From positions 21,319 to 85,318 of the forward strand of contig CAZPNX010000010.1 in assembly GCA_964588285.1 (NCBI GenBank): a DNA stretch of 64,000 bases. The letters are read 5' to 3'. Each line of letters begins with the position of its first letter. Within the stretch, counting starts at the first letter, position 1. A program made the translations under genes and the position numbers. Source of the DNA: an uncultured bacterium. GTDB lineage: Bacteria > Edwardsbacteria > AC1 > EtOH8. Under the pieces are notes generated by a model that worked only from the letters and a program-made list of their open reading frames with translations, was not told the DNA's origin and searched no databases. Shown piece after piece: positions 52,179 to 62,185 of this stretch.

Positions 52179-52928
52179 CTAGTCTATCGGTGGATAATAT
52201 TCCTTGAGGACCCCGTTTATGGAACCGATGATGATCTTGCTTTTCATCAGCACCGGGATGCGCCGCCGGTCGTCGGTCAGCCACACCCACAGCCGGCCCT
52301 TGTGCTCGAACAAACCCGGGGTGCGCAGCACCGGCTCCACCACCAGGCAATCCACCTGGCCGAAGATGGTTTTCTGCCTCTCCCGGCGCAGCACCCTGAC
52401 CTCCAGGGGATAATTCTTTTTGTCGGTGTGGTTGTCGATGTAAAGCGACTGGCCGACCTCCAGGGGAAACATCCGATAGTAGAACAGGGTCAGCAGGATG
52501 TCCCGGGAGCCGGGCACCAGGTCCACCACCTGTCCGGTGCTGTAAATGGCCTGGTTGGCCTGGTGGTCGAACTCCACCTCCTCCTGGTGGCGGTAGCTTC
52601 CCTCCTGAATCCTTTTCTGGAACTTCAGCGAGATCAGAGCCTCGGAATCAACGAACGATTCGGAGCGGTCGTGCACCCGGTAGAACTTGGAGAAGAAGGG
52701 GTTGGACCAGGTCTCGTTGACCAGATGGTAGGCCGGACGACCCCGGGCCCAGGTCAGCTGGCTGTCGATGCGGATGTAGGAAAATCCGGCGTTGATCCCG
52801 GCATACTCTATGGAGTAGAGCAGTTTTTCCCCGCGCTGCAGTTTGGAGCCCGCAGGCAGGGTCGGTGCCGATTGGCCGGCCAGAGCCGTGGATATTATAA
52901 GGGTTATGCCGGCTGTTATCAGCATCAT
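52179..52928 (-). CDS. DUF3108-like secreted protein
   Basis: The 249 aa product has an N-terminal signal/TM segment and beta-rich composition typical of DUF3108 (YSIEYAGINAGFSYIRID). Confidence 0.55.
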   Translation of the reverse strand: MMLITAGITLIISTALAGQSAPTLPAGSKLQRGEKLLYSIEYAGINAGFSYIRIDSQLTWARGRPAYHLVNETWSNPFFSKFYRVHDRSESFVDSEALISLKFQKRIQEGSYRHQEEVEFDHQANQAIYSTGQVVDLVPGSRDILLTLFYYRMFPLEVGQSLYIDNHTDKKNYPLEVRVLRRERQKTIFGQVDCLVVEPVLRTPGLFEHKGRLWVWLTDDRRRIPVLMKSKIIIGSINGVLKEYYPPID

Positions 52929-53935
52929 GGCTTATTCAGCATCTCCATGGCTTTGGCGAACACCGCTTCGATCGTCAACGATTCCATGCAGTCCCAATGC
53001 GGACAGCTTGCCCCCATACATTTCCGGCAGACCGGCACCTCCGGAATCAATGCCCAATGGCCCGGCCCGTATGGCCCCCAGCGCCTTGGCAGACAGGGTT
53101 TGACCGGACAGTAGATTCCCAAAACCTTAGTCCCGACCGCGGCGGCCATATGGAGCGGCCCGGTGCTGTTGGAGACCACCAGGTCGGCCAGCGACAGAGT
53201 GGCTGCCAGTTCTGCCAGATCCAGGTTCGAGATCCACTTCGGCTTGGAAACCATCCCGAGCTCCATCTCCTGCCGCAACTTCTCCTCGCCCGGCCCCAGG
53301 GTGACGGCCACAGCCAACCCCTTCTCCCCGAGCCGGTCGGCCAGCCGGGCGAAGTTCCTCAGAGGCCAGTCTCGGGCCGAACCGCCGCTGCCGGGATGAA
53401 GGATCACCAGTTTTTCGGCTCCCAAAACCAGCTTGGCCCCGGCCGCCTCCCTATGTTTGGGATCGATTGTCATCTGGGGATAGCTCTCCTGGCCCAAAGC
53501 CTCCCGGCCATCCAGGCCTAATCCTCGGGCCACCAGCTCCAGGTTCAGCTCCAGCTCGTGCCTTTGGCTCTCCCTGCGGTGCAGGGGCACCCGGCGATTG
53601 AACAGAAAGCTGTAAAACCGGTAGGCGGTGCCGACGCGGACGGGGATGCCTGATAGAAAGAGCGCCCAGGCCAACCTGGCGGTGGGATACAACAACACCG
53701 CGGCCTGGTACTTACGAACTTTGATCTCCCGCGATAAGGACCAAACCCCGCCTCCCTTATCCACCATCACCTGGTCGACGTCCGAAGCCAGGCCCGCCAG
53801 GGGCGCGGTGTATGGCCGGGTCAAAAAATGAACTTCGGCTTTGGGATAATGGCGTTTAATGAGCCCGGCGGCGGGAAGCGACAGCACCACGTCACCGATG
53901 CGGTCGATGCGGACCAACAGAATCCTTTTTAACAA
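52925..53935 (-). CDS. glycosyltransferase family 9 (heptosyltransferase-like) 1
   Basis: KRILLVRIDRIGDVV is the GT9 N-terminus and PGSGGSARDWP is also present. The start is uncertain, with a candidate TTG at 53933-53935. The N-terminal part of ORF 52925..54055 overlaps the preceding gene, so I trimmed it. Confidence 0.7.
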   Translation of the reverse strand: MLKRILLVRIDRIGDVVLSLPAAGLIKRHYPKAEVHFLTRPYTAPLAGLASDVDQVMVDKGGGVWSLSREIKVRKYQAAVLLYPTARLAWALFLSGIPVRVGTAYRFYSFLFNRRVPLHRRESQRHELELNLELVARGLGLDGREALGQESYPQMTIDPKHREAAGAKLVLGAEKLVILHPGSGGSARDWPLRNFARLADRLGEKGLAVAVTLGPGEEKLRQEMELGMVSKPKWISNLDLAELAATLSLADLVVSNSTGPLHMAAAVGTKVLGIYCPVKPCLPRRWGPYGPGHWALIPEVPVCRKCMGASCPHWDCMESLTIEAVFAKAMEMLNKP

Positions 53936-53946
53936 GGAGAAGGACT

Positions 53947-55092
53947 TCAACTCCCGGATTTCTCCAGCCGACCAACCCCCCGCACCACCGCCGCCAACAT
54001 GGCTTCCAGATCCAGCTCTTTGAGGCAGCCAAGGTGGTCGCAGCTCTTTTTCCAACAGGGGGCGCAGTCAAGCTTGGAGACGATCTTCTCGCCCCGGCCG
54101 AAGAGCTCGATCTCCGAAGCGCAGGACAGGCCGAACCAGACCACCACCCATTTTTTGAGGGCGATGGCCATGTGCATGGCCGAGGTGTCGCCGGTGACCA
54201 CCAGATCGCAGGCCTGGAGATAAACTATGCCACGCCTAAGGCCCTCGGTGGTCGGGCTGTTCAATACTAGCCCTTTTGACTTTTTTTGGATCTCCAGGTT
54301 GCGCTCGGTCTCGGCCTTGCCTCCCAACAGCACCAGTTTGGCCCGGGGCAGGGCCTGATGTATCTTCATGATCAGCCACAGGTGCTGGTCAATGGTCATC
54401 TTCTTATTGGGAAACAGATCGGAGCAGCCGGTGTTGAATCCGATGACCGTATCCCCATCGCCCATCCGGTTTTTGCGCCGGAACTCTCGGGCCAGGGCCT
54501 TCTCCTCATCGGTCAATTCCAAAATGTACTCGTCCTGGCGGTAATCCAGCTTGAGAGCCTGGGCCAGGAATCGCACTCCGGTCACCCGGTTTTCCTTGAA
54601 TTTGAGCCGGTCGTCCAGCCCCAGCCGGTAGGCGTATTCCGCCTCCCGGTTGAAGGGAACGATGGCCCCGCGCCGGTCCAGTCCGAATCCCAATTTCTCC
54701 CCGGCCGGCACCAGCATGGCCAGGGCGTCGGAGCGGTAAGCCTTGTCTACCGAGTAAAGACGATGGTAGCAGATGGACTGCAGTATGGTTATCGTTTCGA
54801 AATCGTAGGGCCAGACCCGGTCGATCAACGGATTGTTGGCTAAAAGGGGCATGGCCGCCGGCAGGGTCACCCAGTGGACGGTGGATTGCGGGTCCCTCCT
54901 CTTGACGGCCGGCAACAGGGCCGTGGTCATCAGCACCGCCCCCAGGGCGTCCAGATTGATGATCAGCACCATCCGGCCCCGAGGTTGCCTGTGTTTACAG
55001 CGACGGCACACCATACCCGGACTGCAGGGCTTGTAGCCGGTAAATTTTTTACAGTCTACGGATGTTTTCACAACGTTTCCCCTGTTGATCAT
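53947..55092 (-). CDS. glycosyltransferase family 9 (heptosyltransferase-like) 2
   Basis: The 381 aa product has a GT9 fold (MVLIINLDALGAVLMTTALL, GFNTGCSDLFPNKKM, TGDTSAMHMAIAL). The N-terminal Cys-rich stretch CKKFTGYKPCSPGMVCRRC is unusual. Confidence 0.72.
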   Translation of the reverse strand: MINRGNVVKTSVDCKKFTGYKPCSPGMVCRRCKHRQPRGRMVLIINLDALGAVLMTTALLPAVKRRDPQSTVHWVTLPAAMPLLANNPLIDRVWPYDFETITILQSICYHRLYSVDKAYRSDALAMLVPAGEKLGFGLDRRGAIVPFNREAEYAYRLGLDDRLKFKENRVTGVRFLAQALKLDYRQDEYILELTDEEKALAREFRRKNRMGDGDTVIGFNTGCSDLFPNKKMTIDQHLWLIMKIHQALPRAKLVLLGGKAETERNLEIQKKSKGLVLNSPTTEGLRRGIVYLQACDLVVTGDTSAMHMAIALKKWVVVWFGLSCASEIELFGRGEKIVSKLDCAPCWKKSCDHLGCLKELDLEAMLAAVVRGVGRLEKSGS

Positions 55093-55101
55093 CGATTTAG
55101 A

Positions 55102-56391
55102 TTAAAGAGACAGGGAAAAAGCCGCCCCCACCGAAAGCCGCGGCAGCCGGTAGCGGGTGACTTCCATGGTGGTGTATGAGACCTGCCGCGGGGGAAGTCC
55201 GCTTTCCCGGTAGATCTCCTCCACGGCGATGGCCAAGGGGCTGATACCTCTGCCTCCCAGCCGATAGGTGGCCAAAAAGTTAAAGCCCATGCGTCTCGGC
55301 CTCCATTCAAAACCGGCCCTCAAAAACGGAAGCGACGCCAATCCTTCCACCTTCCCCCCCTCCGGCAGCCCCCCCGACGGGGACAGAAAATAACATCGGA
55401 CCTCTGTTACATTATTGTTGTGGGGGAAAAACAGCTTGGCCATGGAGGACACTACCTGGTCGACCCTGGTTCGTTCCCATCCTGTCCCGGCATAGCCGTA
55501 AAGATCCCCATACAGCCTGGCTGTACCGCACAAGGTTACCGATAAAGCCGAGGCATTGACATACATTAGAAGACGGGAATGCTCGATCGGATTGTCTGGG
55601 TTGTACATGTCGATTATGTTCTGTCCTGCGGAGGTGGAATAACCATGCCCGGTATAGGCCACATCCAGCATCAGCCGAAGTCGGTAGGTCAGACGGATGC
55701 CGCCGGTAAACTCGGCGGTCTCGTCGATGGCCAGCCGGTTGGTTTCGATCCGGACGGTGTTGAGCCCCAGATAGCTGCTGGAGATCAGACGGCCGGGGTA
55801 TTCCTCGGCCAGATACCGCTCGGAATACATGGCCTGCAGATAGGGTTGCAACGTCCAGATCCTGTGCTTCCACCTTAAATAACGTCCCAGCATTTTTTGG
55901 AAACGGTCGGCCGGAATGGACAACTCCCGGGTGGAAATCTCGCCATCACGAGCCGGATCCGAAAGCTGCACCGTTATATCGTAGCAATCCTCCCGCCGGC
56001 TCACCTTTCCCGTCACCAAAACCTTGGCGGCATAGATGCCCGGCAGGCTCTGCCCATGGTCGTTGGCATTCTGGCTGCTTTGGGCAGCATCACCGAATGC
56101 GACCTGTAGTTTTTTAAAACAGTTAAGATGCCTGACCAAGATCTCGGCGGCCAAAACACCTATGTTCTCGCGCTTGTATGTCTCCTCGGTGTCAAAGGGT
56201 TTAACGATGACCGACATCGGACCCGAGTCCCGGCTGCCCCGGAAACGGGACACCGAATACTCGGTCAGGGCCTGCTCCACCACCCCGGACAGATCGGAAG
56301 TGGCCGCTTTCGCTTTTAGGGGCATAATCAGCGTCAACAGACAGGCGCCCAATGCCGGCGCCTTCTTGAGGATGTGGTGCTTTGCCCTCAC
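55102..56391 (-). CDS. hypothetical outer-membrane protein with a CsgG/LpoB-like N-domain plus a beta-barrel
   Basis: There is a signal peptide. The N-domain reads SVIVKPFDTEET...IGVLAAEILVRHL (a CsgG/LpoB-like xPFxN motif). The C-terminus has beta-strand periodicity and ends ...AAFSLSL. It overlaps the recR stop (ATGA). Confidence 0.45.
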   Translation of the reverse strand: MRAKHHILKKAPALGACLLTLIMPLKAKAATSDLSGVVEQALTEYSVSRFRGSRDSGPMSVIVKPFDTEETYKRENIGVLAAEILVRHLNCFKKLQVAFGDAAQSSQNANDHGQSLPGIYAAKVLVTGKVSRREDCYDITVQLSDPARDGEISTRELSIPADRFQKMLGRYLRWKHRIWTLQPYLQAMYSERYLAEEYPGRLISSSYLGLNTVRIETNRLAIDETAEFTGGIRLTYRLRLMLDVAYTGHGYSTSAGQNIIDMYNPDNPIEHSRLLMYVNASALSVTLCGTARLYGDLYGYAGTGWERTRVDQVVSSMAKLFFPHNNNVTEVRCYFLSPSGGLPEGGKVEGLASLPFLRAGFEWRPRRMGFNFLATYRLGGRGISPLAIAVEEIYRESGLPPRQVSYTTMEVTRYRLPRLSVGAAFSLSL

Positions 56392-56990
56392 AGCTCCATC
56401 CTTCCTTCGAGGGCCCGGGCCAGTGTGACCTCGTCCGAGAACTCCAGATCGCTGCCCACCGGCAGGCCCCGGGCGATCCTGGTGACCCTGATTCCCAGCG
56501 GCTTTATCAGCCTGGTAAGATAGACGGCGGTGGCCTCGCCCTCGGCATTGGGATTGGTGGCCACTATCACCTCCCTAACCGAAGTGCGCCCCAGCCGCTC
56601 CATCAACTCCCGGATCCTGATGTCGTCAGGGCCGATGCCGTCTAAGGGAGAGAGATGTCCCTGAAGCACATGGAAAAGCCCGCGATACTCGGCGGTGCGT
56701 TCCACTGCCAGCAGGTCGCTGGCCTCCTCCACCACGCAGATCTGAGCCGGATCGCGTTTGGGGTCGCGGCAGATGCCGCAAAGCTCTTCCTCGGAGGCAT
56801 TGAAGCATTCCCGGCAGAAGCGCACCTTGTCCTTGAGCTCGATGATGGCCTGGGCCAGGGCCCGGGCTTCTTGGGGCGGCGACTTGAGAAGATGAAAGGC
56901 CAGCCTCTGAGCGGTCTTGCGCCCGATGCCAGGGAGCTTCATCAGTTCGTCTATGGTCCGGCCAAGTGCCGGGGAATTATAATTCACCAT
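56388..56990 (-). CDS. recR: recombination protein RecR
   Basis: The HhH motif is LPGIGRKTAQRLAFHLL, the C4 zinc finger is CRECFNASEEELCGIC, and a Toprim domain follows. Confidence 0.92.
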   Translation of the reverse strand: MVNYNSPALGRTIDELMKLPGIGRKTAQRLAFHLLKSPPQEARALAQAIIELKDKVRFCRECFNASEEELCGICRDPKRDPAQICVVEEASDLLAVERTAEYRGLFHVLQGHLSPLDGIGPDDIRIRELMERLGRTSVREVIVATNPNAEGEATAVYLTRLIKPLGIRVTRIARGLPVGSDLEFSDEVTLARALEGRMEL

Positions 56991-57032
56991 CGGATGGCCA
57001 TTGCCTTATCTATCATGAGGCGGCCCAAATTT

Positions 57033-58646
57033 TCAGATAACCTCGCCGTCGACGGCCTGCATAAACTTTTTGATGAGCGGCGAGCTCTGGGCTTCCTGGC
57101 TACGACGTTCGATCTCATCCTCCCGGGTGGGACGACGGCCGGCAGACACCTCGTCCGAAACATCCAGCTGGCAGACCAGCTTGATCTTGGATCCCCATAG
57201 TTTGGCTGCCCGCTCCTCGACCAGTCCCAAATGCTGTTTGTTTTCCAGCTTGGCCATGGAGAAGTTCGCCTGGGGGCCGGCAAAGCTGAGGATAAGCGAG
57301 CCGTCCTTTACCCCCACCGGCCGGGCCGATTCTAAGCAGGTGCCCAGGATCATATTCATGCCCTTAACCTCGGCCAGCAGACTTTGCCACCTAGCCTCCA
57401 TGCTCTGATCGGAGCCATCCTCTGTTTTATCACCGCCAATAATACTCCTAGGCAAAGCCGAGGCACGGGGCGGCATCTCCTCGACCGGCTGCGCTCTGCC
57501 TTCCCTGCCACCATCGCCCCCCTCCAGCCGGGTCAACAGGCTCTCTATGGAAACGGTGGCATCCAGAGCGCACAGCCTGGCGCAGGCCAGCTCCAGGAGG
57601 AGCCTGGGCTGGCTGCTCCGCCTCATGGATGTTTCGGCTTCCACCAGTATCCGGATCATGCGAATCAGGTCGCGCCCGTCGAACCTGCCGGCCTGCTCGA
57701 TGTATCGCTTCCGTTCTTCAGTCGGGGCCGCTGCCAGGGCGATATCCCCGGCGCCGGAAGAGATATAGAGCAGTTTCCTCAGGTGCCCTAAAAGGCCCAG
57801 GGTGAACTCCTGCATGTCATAGCCGCCCAAGGAAAGCTCCTCCACCAGCCCCAAGGCTCCGGCCGCATCCTTGGCCCGGAAAAGCTCCAGCGCCCGAAAA
57901 TAGAGCGAGGCGTCGACCAGCCCCAGCACCTGGCGGACATCGCCGGCCGAGATCGATTTGCCTCCATAGGAGATCAGCTGGTCTAAAAGACTGATGGAAT
58001 CCCGGAGGCTGCCCTCCGCCTTCTGGGCCACCAAGTACAGGCTCTCCTCGTCGGCTTGGATTCCCTCCGGCTGCAGCATCTTTGACAGATGGGAAACCAT
58101 GTCGCCGGTGGCGATGCGGCGGAAGTCGAAACGCTGGCAGCGGGAGAGAATGGTCATCGGCACCTTGCCGGCCTCGGTGGTGGCGAAGATGAAGATGACA
58201 TGGGGCGGCGGCTCCTCCAGCGTCTTCAGCAGGGCGTTGAAGGCCTCCTTGGTCAGCATGTGGACCTCGTCGATGATGTACACCCGGCGCCGGCCCTGGG
58301 CCGGGGAGTACTGGACGCTCTCCCGGAGGTCCCGGATCTCGTCGATGCCCCGGTTGGAGGCGCCGTCGATCTCGGAAACGTCCATGCTGCGCGAGGCGGT
58401 GATCTCCAGACAGGAGCTGCACTTATTGCAGGGATGTTCGGTCGGCCCCTGGACGCAGTTGACGGCCTTGGCCAGAATCCTGGCGGCCGTGGTCTTGCCC
58501 ACCCCCCGCGGTCCGGCGAACAGATAGGCATGGGCGATCCGCCCGCCCTTTATGGCGTTGCGCAGGGTGGTGGTGACGTGCTCCTGGCCCACGATCTCCT
58601 CGAAGGTCTGGGGCCGCCATTTGCGGGCGAGGACAAGGTACGACAT
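57033..58646 (-). CDS. dnaX: DNA polymerase III subunit gamma/tau
   Basis: The N-terminus is LARKWRPQTFEEIVGQEHV, the Walker A is GPRGVGKTT, and the zinc module is CNKCSSC. Confidence 0.92.
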   Translation of the reverse strand: MSYLVLARKWRPQTFEEIVGQEHVTTTLRNAIKGGRIAHAYLFAGPRGVGKTTAARILAKAVNCVQGPTEHPCNKCSSCLEITASRSMDVSEIDGASNRGIDEIRDLRESVQYSPAQGRRRVYIIDEVHMLTKEAFNALLKTLEEPPPHVIFIFATTEAGKVPMTILSRCQRFDFRRIATGDMVSHLSKMLQPEGIQADEESLYLVAQKAEGSLRDSISLLDQLISYGGKSISAGDVRQVLGLVDASLYFRALELFRAKDAAGALGLVEELSLGGYDMQEFTLGLLGHLRKLLYISSGAGDIALAAAPTEERKRYIEQAGRFDGRDLIRMIRILVEAETSMRRSSQPRLLLELACARLCALDATVSIESLLTRLEGGDGGREGRAQPVEEMPPRASALPRSIIGGDKTEDGSDQSMEARWQSLLAEVKGMNMILGTCLESARPVGVKDGSLILSFAGPQANFSMAKLENKQHLGLVEERAAKLWGSKIKLVCQLDVSDEVSAGRRPTREDEIERRSQEAQSSPLIKKFMQAVDGEVI

Positions 58647-58780
58647 CTGTCTGTTGCCTAATAATATCAGATTTCACCGCAGAGGCCGCGAAGGGGTCAC
58701 TAATATCCAACCCATAGGGCATCTCGTCTTCCCTTCAGGGCCCTCCGCGCTCTCGGCGGTTAAAGGTTCCCTAAAAAGTG

Positions 58781-58885
<105 letters not shown>

Positions 58886-58978
58886 TTAATGTAACCTTGT
58901 CATCCTGAGCCTGGCATTTCGCCCTGCTGGCCGAAGGATGACCCATATGTCCTATGATAACAGAAAGGCCCGGGGTTG

Positions 58979-59662
58979 TCAACGAGGCCCGAAGTGCAGG
59001 GCGCCGCCCAGGGCCGAGCTGGCCAGCACCCAGGCGGCCCACAGCCCGAAGGTGGCCCAGTAGGAGGTGTTCCTCTTGACGCCCGAATAGACCGAGAACC
59101 CGATGGCCATGATGATCAGCGACCAGACGGCGAACAGGTCGGCCTGGGCCAGCAGCCGGTAGAGGAACGTCTCCTCGGCGTCAGGCGACAGCAGCAGGGC
59201 CAGCGAGGCGTGCACCTTGGCCGTGCCCATGGCGAACATCAGCGGCACCTTGATCAGCGAAGCCGGGATGGTCACCAGCGCCCCGTGGACCGTGGCCGAG
59301 AACATGTGCCTAAAGCCAGCCTGGCCGCCCAAAAAGCTGAACAGGCCCCAATAGGCCAGAGCGACGATCAGCATCACCAACGGCTGGGAGACCAAGGCCC
59401 CGATCAGGCCGCTCCAGAAGACCATGGGGCTTTCCATCCGGTTGAGGATCTGCTCTCGGGCTTCCTCCGAGATATCCGGGTTCCTGGCGATGCGCTCCAT
59501 CTGCTCCGGCATGACGATCGGCTTCATGATGACGGCCGTCACCGCCGCCGTCACCAACATCACCGCCAGCAGGGCCGCCAGCCAGCGGGGTTTGTCGGCC
59601 ATGGCGGAGAACACCCGGAACGGCGCAAAAAGCACCTCGTAAAGAGGCTTCCACCAGTTCAT
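58979..59662 (-). CDS. Yip1-family membrane protein
   Basis: The 227 aa product has 5 TM helices and an N-terminal soluble segment. It overlaps the asd stop by 4 nt. Confidence 0.65.
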   Translation of the reverse strand: MNWWKPLYEVLFAPFRVFSAMADKPRWLAALLAVMLVTAAVTAVIMKPIVMPEQMERIARNPDISEEAREQILNRMESPMVFWSGLIGALVSQPLVMLIVALAYWGLFSFLGGQAGFRHMFSATVHGALVTIPASLIKVPLMFAMGTAKVHASLALLLSPDAEETFLYRLLAQADLFAVWSLIIMAIGFSVYSGVKRNTSYWATFGLWAAWVLASSALGGALHFGPR

Positions 59663-60696
59663 GGGCCTGCCCTCTCTGGAATTAATCTATTTTTATATAG
59701 CAATGCCGCTATCTGGACGGCGTTGGCGGCCGCCCCCTTGCGTAGGTTGTCGGCGGCGCACCACAGGGTGAAGGCGCGCGGAGAGAGGGAATCGGCCCTC
59801 AGGCGGCTGACGAAGACCTGGTCGCGGCCGGCGATCTCGGCCGGGGTATGGTAGCCGTTCTTGGAGTATACCACCCCCGGCGCCCGGGACAACAGCTTCT
59901 CCAACTGTCCGATGGTGGCTTTTCCCCTCGTCTCGAAATAGACCGACTCGGCGTGGCCCACCGCCACCGGCACCCGGACGGTGGTGGCGTTGACGGCGAT
60001 CCTTGGGTCATGGAGTATCTTCCGGGTCTCCCGCAGCATCTTCCATTCCTCGGCGGTGTAGCCCGAATCTCCAAACTCGCCGATCTGCGGAACCACATCG
60101 CCCGCTATCCGGCGGCTAAAAAGTGTTCTTCGATATTTGGATTTCGGTTTTTGGTTTTCGTATTCCAGCGCCTCCAGCCCCTTCCGGCCGGCCCCGGAGA
60201 CCGACTGGTAGGTGGAGACCACCACCCTTTTCAAGCCAAACCGGCGGTGGATCGGAGCCAGGGCCACCACCATCTGAATGGTGGAGCAGTTGGGATTGGC
60301 CACCAATCCCCGATGGCGTTTGAGATCATGGGGATTGACCTCGGGCACCACCAGCGGCACCCAGGGCTCCATTCTGAAATCCGATCCGTTGTCGATGACC
60401 ACCGCCCCGGCCTCTATGGCCTCCGGCCCGTAGATGCGGCTGGCCCCCTTCTCCCCCTCGGTTCCGGCAAAGAAAACAAGACGACAGCCTTGAAAAACTC
60501 CGGGTCCTATCTGTCTGACCGGATGGCGTTTTCCCCGGAAACTCACCCACGAGCCGGCCGAACGCCGTCCGGCCCAAAGCCTCAGCTCCGAAACCGGAAA
60601 GCGCGTTTCCTCCATCACCCTGAGGATGGCGGAGCCCACCAGACCGGTGGCGCCCACCAGCCCGACCGTCAGCCCGTCGCCCTGCCCGTCTGCCAT
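59659..60696 (-). CDS. asd: aspartate-semialdehyde dehydrogenase
   Basis: Start is at the internal ATG (CAT 60694-60696) in a TGATG overlap with the upstream small ORF. Residues VGLVGATGLVG and NPNCSTI contain the active-site Cys, and SGAG is present. The long N-terminal extension in ORF 59659..61362 is non-coding. Confidence 0.9.
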   Translation of the reverse strand: MADGQGDGLTVGLVGATGLVGSAILRVMEETRFPVSELRLWAGRRSAGSWVSFRGKRHPVRQIGPGVFQGCRLVFFAGTEGEKGASRIYGPEAIEAGAVVIDNGSDFRMEPWVPLVVPEVNPHDLKRHRGLVANPNCSTIQMVVALAPIHRRFGLKRVVVSTYQSVSGAGRKGLEALEYENQKPKSKYRRTLFSRRIAGDVVPQIGEFGDSGYTAEEWKMLRETRKILHDPRIAVNATTVRVPVAVGHAESVYFETRGKATIGQLEKLLSRAPGVVYSKNGYHTPAEIAGRDQVFVSRLRADSLSPRAFTLWCAADNLRKGAAANAVQIAALLYKNRLIPERAGP

Positions 60697-60947
60697 CAGT
60701 GCTGCCGGGCCTTCACCATCTCCTCGGCGATGGCCAGCACCGCGCACTTGCCCAGCCTCCGCCGGGTGGTCTCGGGCTCCTCCTGGTTCTTGGGCATGTT
60801 CATGACGGCGGTGAAGCGCACCGGGCCCTTGCTTTCGCTGTCGTACAGCTCGCCGTCCACCCAGAAACCGCACTGCTCCTTGATGCATTCCGATTCCTCC
60901 GGCTTGCGGATGAACCGGATGGGGCAGATGATTCGTTCTTCCGGCAT
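60696..60947 (-). CDS. hypothetical small Cys-containing protein (83 aa) between lysC and asd
   Basis: It fits tightly: 3 nt after the lysC stop, and its stop overlaps the asd start. The four Cys are C8, C21, C26 and C68. I recognised no family. Confidence 0.4.
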   Translation of the reverse strand: MPEERIICPIRFIRKPEESECIKEQCGFWVDGELYDSESKGPVRFTAVMNMPKNQEEPETTRRRLGKCAVLAIAEEMVKARQH

Positions 60948-60950
60948 GTT

Positions 60951-62156
60951 CTATCCGATAAAGGTTTTGTGTAGGTTGGTTACCGCCCTTTCGGTGTCCT
61001 CCCGGTCCATGAAACAGGTGATCTTGATCTCGCTGGCCGTCAGCCCGTCGACATGGATCTTGAGCCGGGTCAGGGCCTCCAGCAGGCGGCAGATGATTCC
61101 GGCCTCGCCTCCCACCCCGCTGCCCACCAAGGAGACCGAGCCGATCCGCCGGTTGACCGACAGTCTGGCGCCCTTCATCTTGGCCAGGCACCGGCCCATC
61201 ACCTCCCGGGCCGGCTCCACTTCCGATTCGGGGATGACGAAGAACAGGTCCACTCTGTCGCCTCCGGGAGCGCCGTGGAAAAATGATTTGATGGGGATGT
61301 CGCGCTCGGCCAGGCGGGCGACCACCTGGGTGGCCACCCGGCTGCTGCGGGGGACATGGCACAATGACAGCATGGCCAGAGACCGGTCGTGGGTGATGCC
61401 GCGGACGGTGATTCGTTCCATATTGACTGCCTTGCCTATCAGGGTTCCCGGATCGTTATCGAAGCTGCTGCGGCAGCGCACCGGCATCCGGTGCCGGGCC
61501 GCCAAGGCCGCCGCCCTGGGATGCAGCACCTGGGCCCCGGAGCTGGCCAGTTCCAGCATCTCGTCGTATGAAATCGAGGCCAGCCTTCTGGCCCCTGGCA
61601 CCAGCCTGGGATCGGCGGTGTAGATCCCGGACACATCGCTGTAGATCTCACAGAGGTCGGCCTCCAGGGCCACCGCCAGTGCCACCGCGGTGGTGTCCGA
61701 GCCGCCCCGGCCCAAAGTGGTCACCTCCCGCGACAGGCTGACCCCCTGAAAGCCGGCCACGATGGCTATCTTTCCCTGGGCTAAGGACTGCTTGAGCCGG
61801 TCGGCCTTGATCTCCAGGATGCGGGCCCGGGTGTGCCGGGCGTCGGTGATGATCCCCACCTGGGAGCCGGTGTAGGAGATGGCCTGCTCGCCGCGCTCGG
61901 CGATGGCCATGGCCACTAAGGACATGGAGATCCGCTCACCCGCGGTCAGCAACATGTCCATCTCCCGCTGGCCGGGCGACGGGGCCACCTGGCGGGCCAG
62001 CGACACCAAGTCGTCGGTGGTGTCACCCATGGCCGAGACCACGGCCACCAGACGGTTGCCCTTCCGCTTGGCCTTGACGATACGGGCGGCCACCGCCTTG
62101 ATGCGCTCGGCGTCGGCCAAGGAGCTGCCGCCGTATTTCTGGACGATGAGCGGCAA
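60951..62156 (-). CDS. lysC: aspartate kinase
   Basis: The N-terminus is [10 protein letters not shown] and [10 protein letters not shown] is present. There are C-terminal tandem ACT domains. Confidence 0.9.
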   Translation of the reverse strand: MPLIVQKYGGSSLADAERIKAVAARIVKAKRKGNRLVAVVSAMGDTTDDLVSLARQVAPSPGQREMDMLLTAGERISMSLVAMAIAERGEQAISYTGSQVGIITDARHTRARILEIKADRLKQSLAQGKIAIVAGFQGVSLSREVTTLGRGGSDTTAVALAVALEADLCEIYSDVSGIYTADPRLVPGARRLASISYDEMLELASSGAQVLHPRAAALAARHRMPVRCRSSFDNDPGTLIGKAVNMERITVRGITHDRSLAMLSLCHVPRSSRVATQVVARLAERDIPIKSFFHGAPGGDRVDLFFVIPESEVEPAREVMGRCLAKMKGARLSVNRRIGSVSLVGSGVGGEAGIICRLLEALTRLKIHVDGLTASEIKITCFMDREDTERAVTNLHKTFIG

Positions 62157-62185
62157 GGTATCTATTAATTAATTATACTATTACT

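Noticed and set aside
56991-57032. Expected ybaB/ebfC between dnaX and recR
   Set aside because: Only 42 nt separate the two genes, so there is no room for the nucleoid-associated protein gene. It is absent here.
60121-60165. GGATTTCGG-like echo of the moaA-moaC heptamer repeat
   Set aside because: It lies inside asd and translates to ...YENQKPKSKYRR... in frame, so the similarity is probably coincidental rather than a second repeat array.
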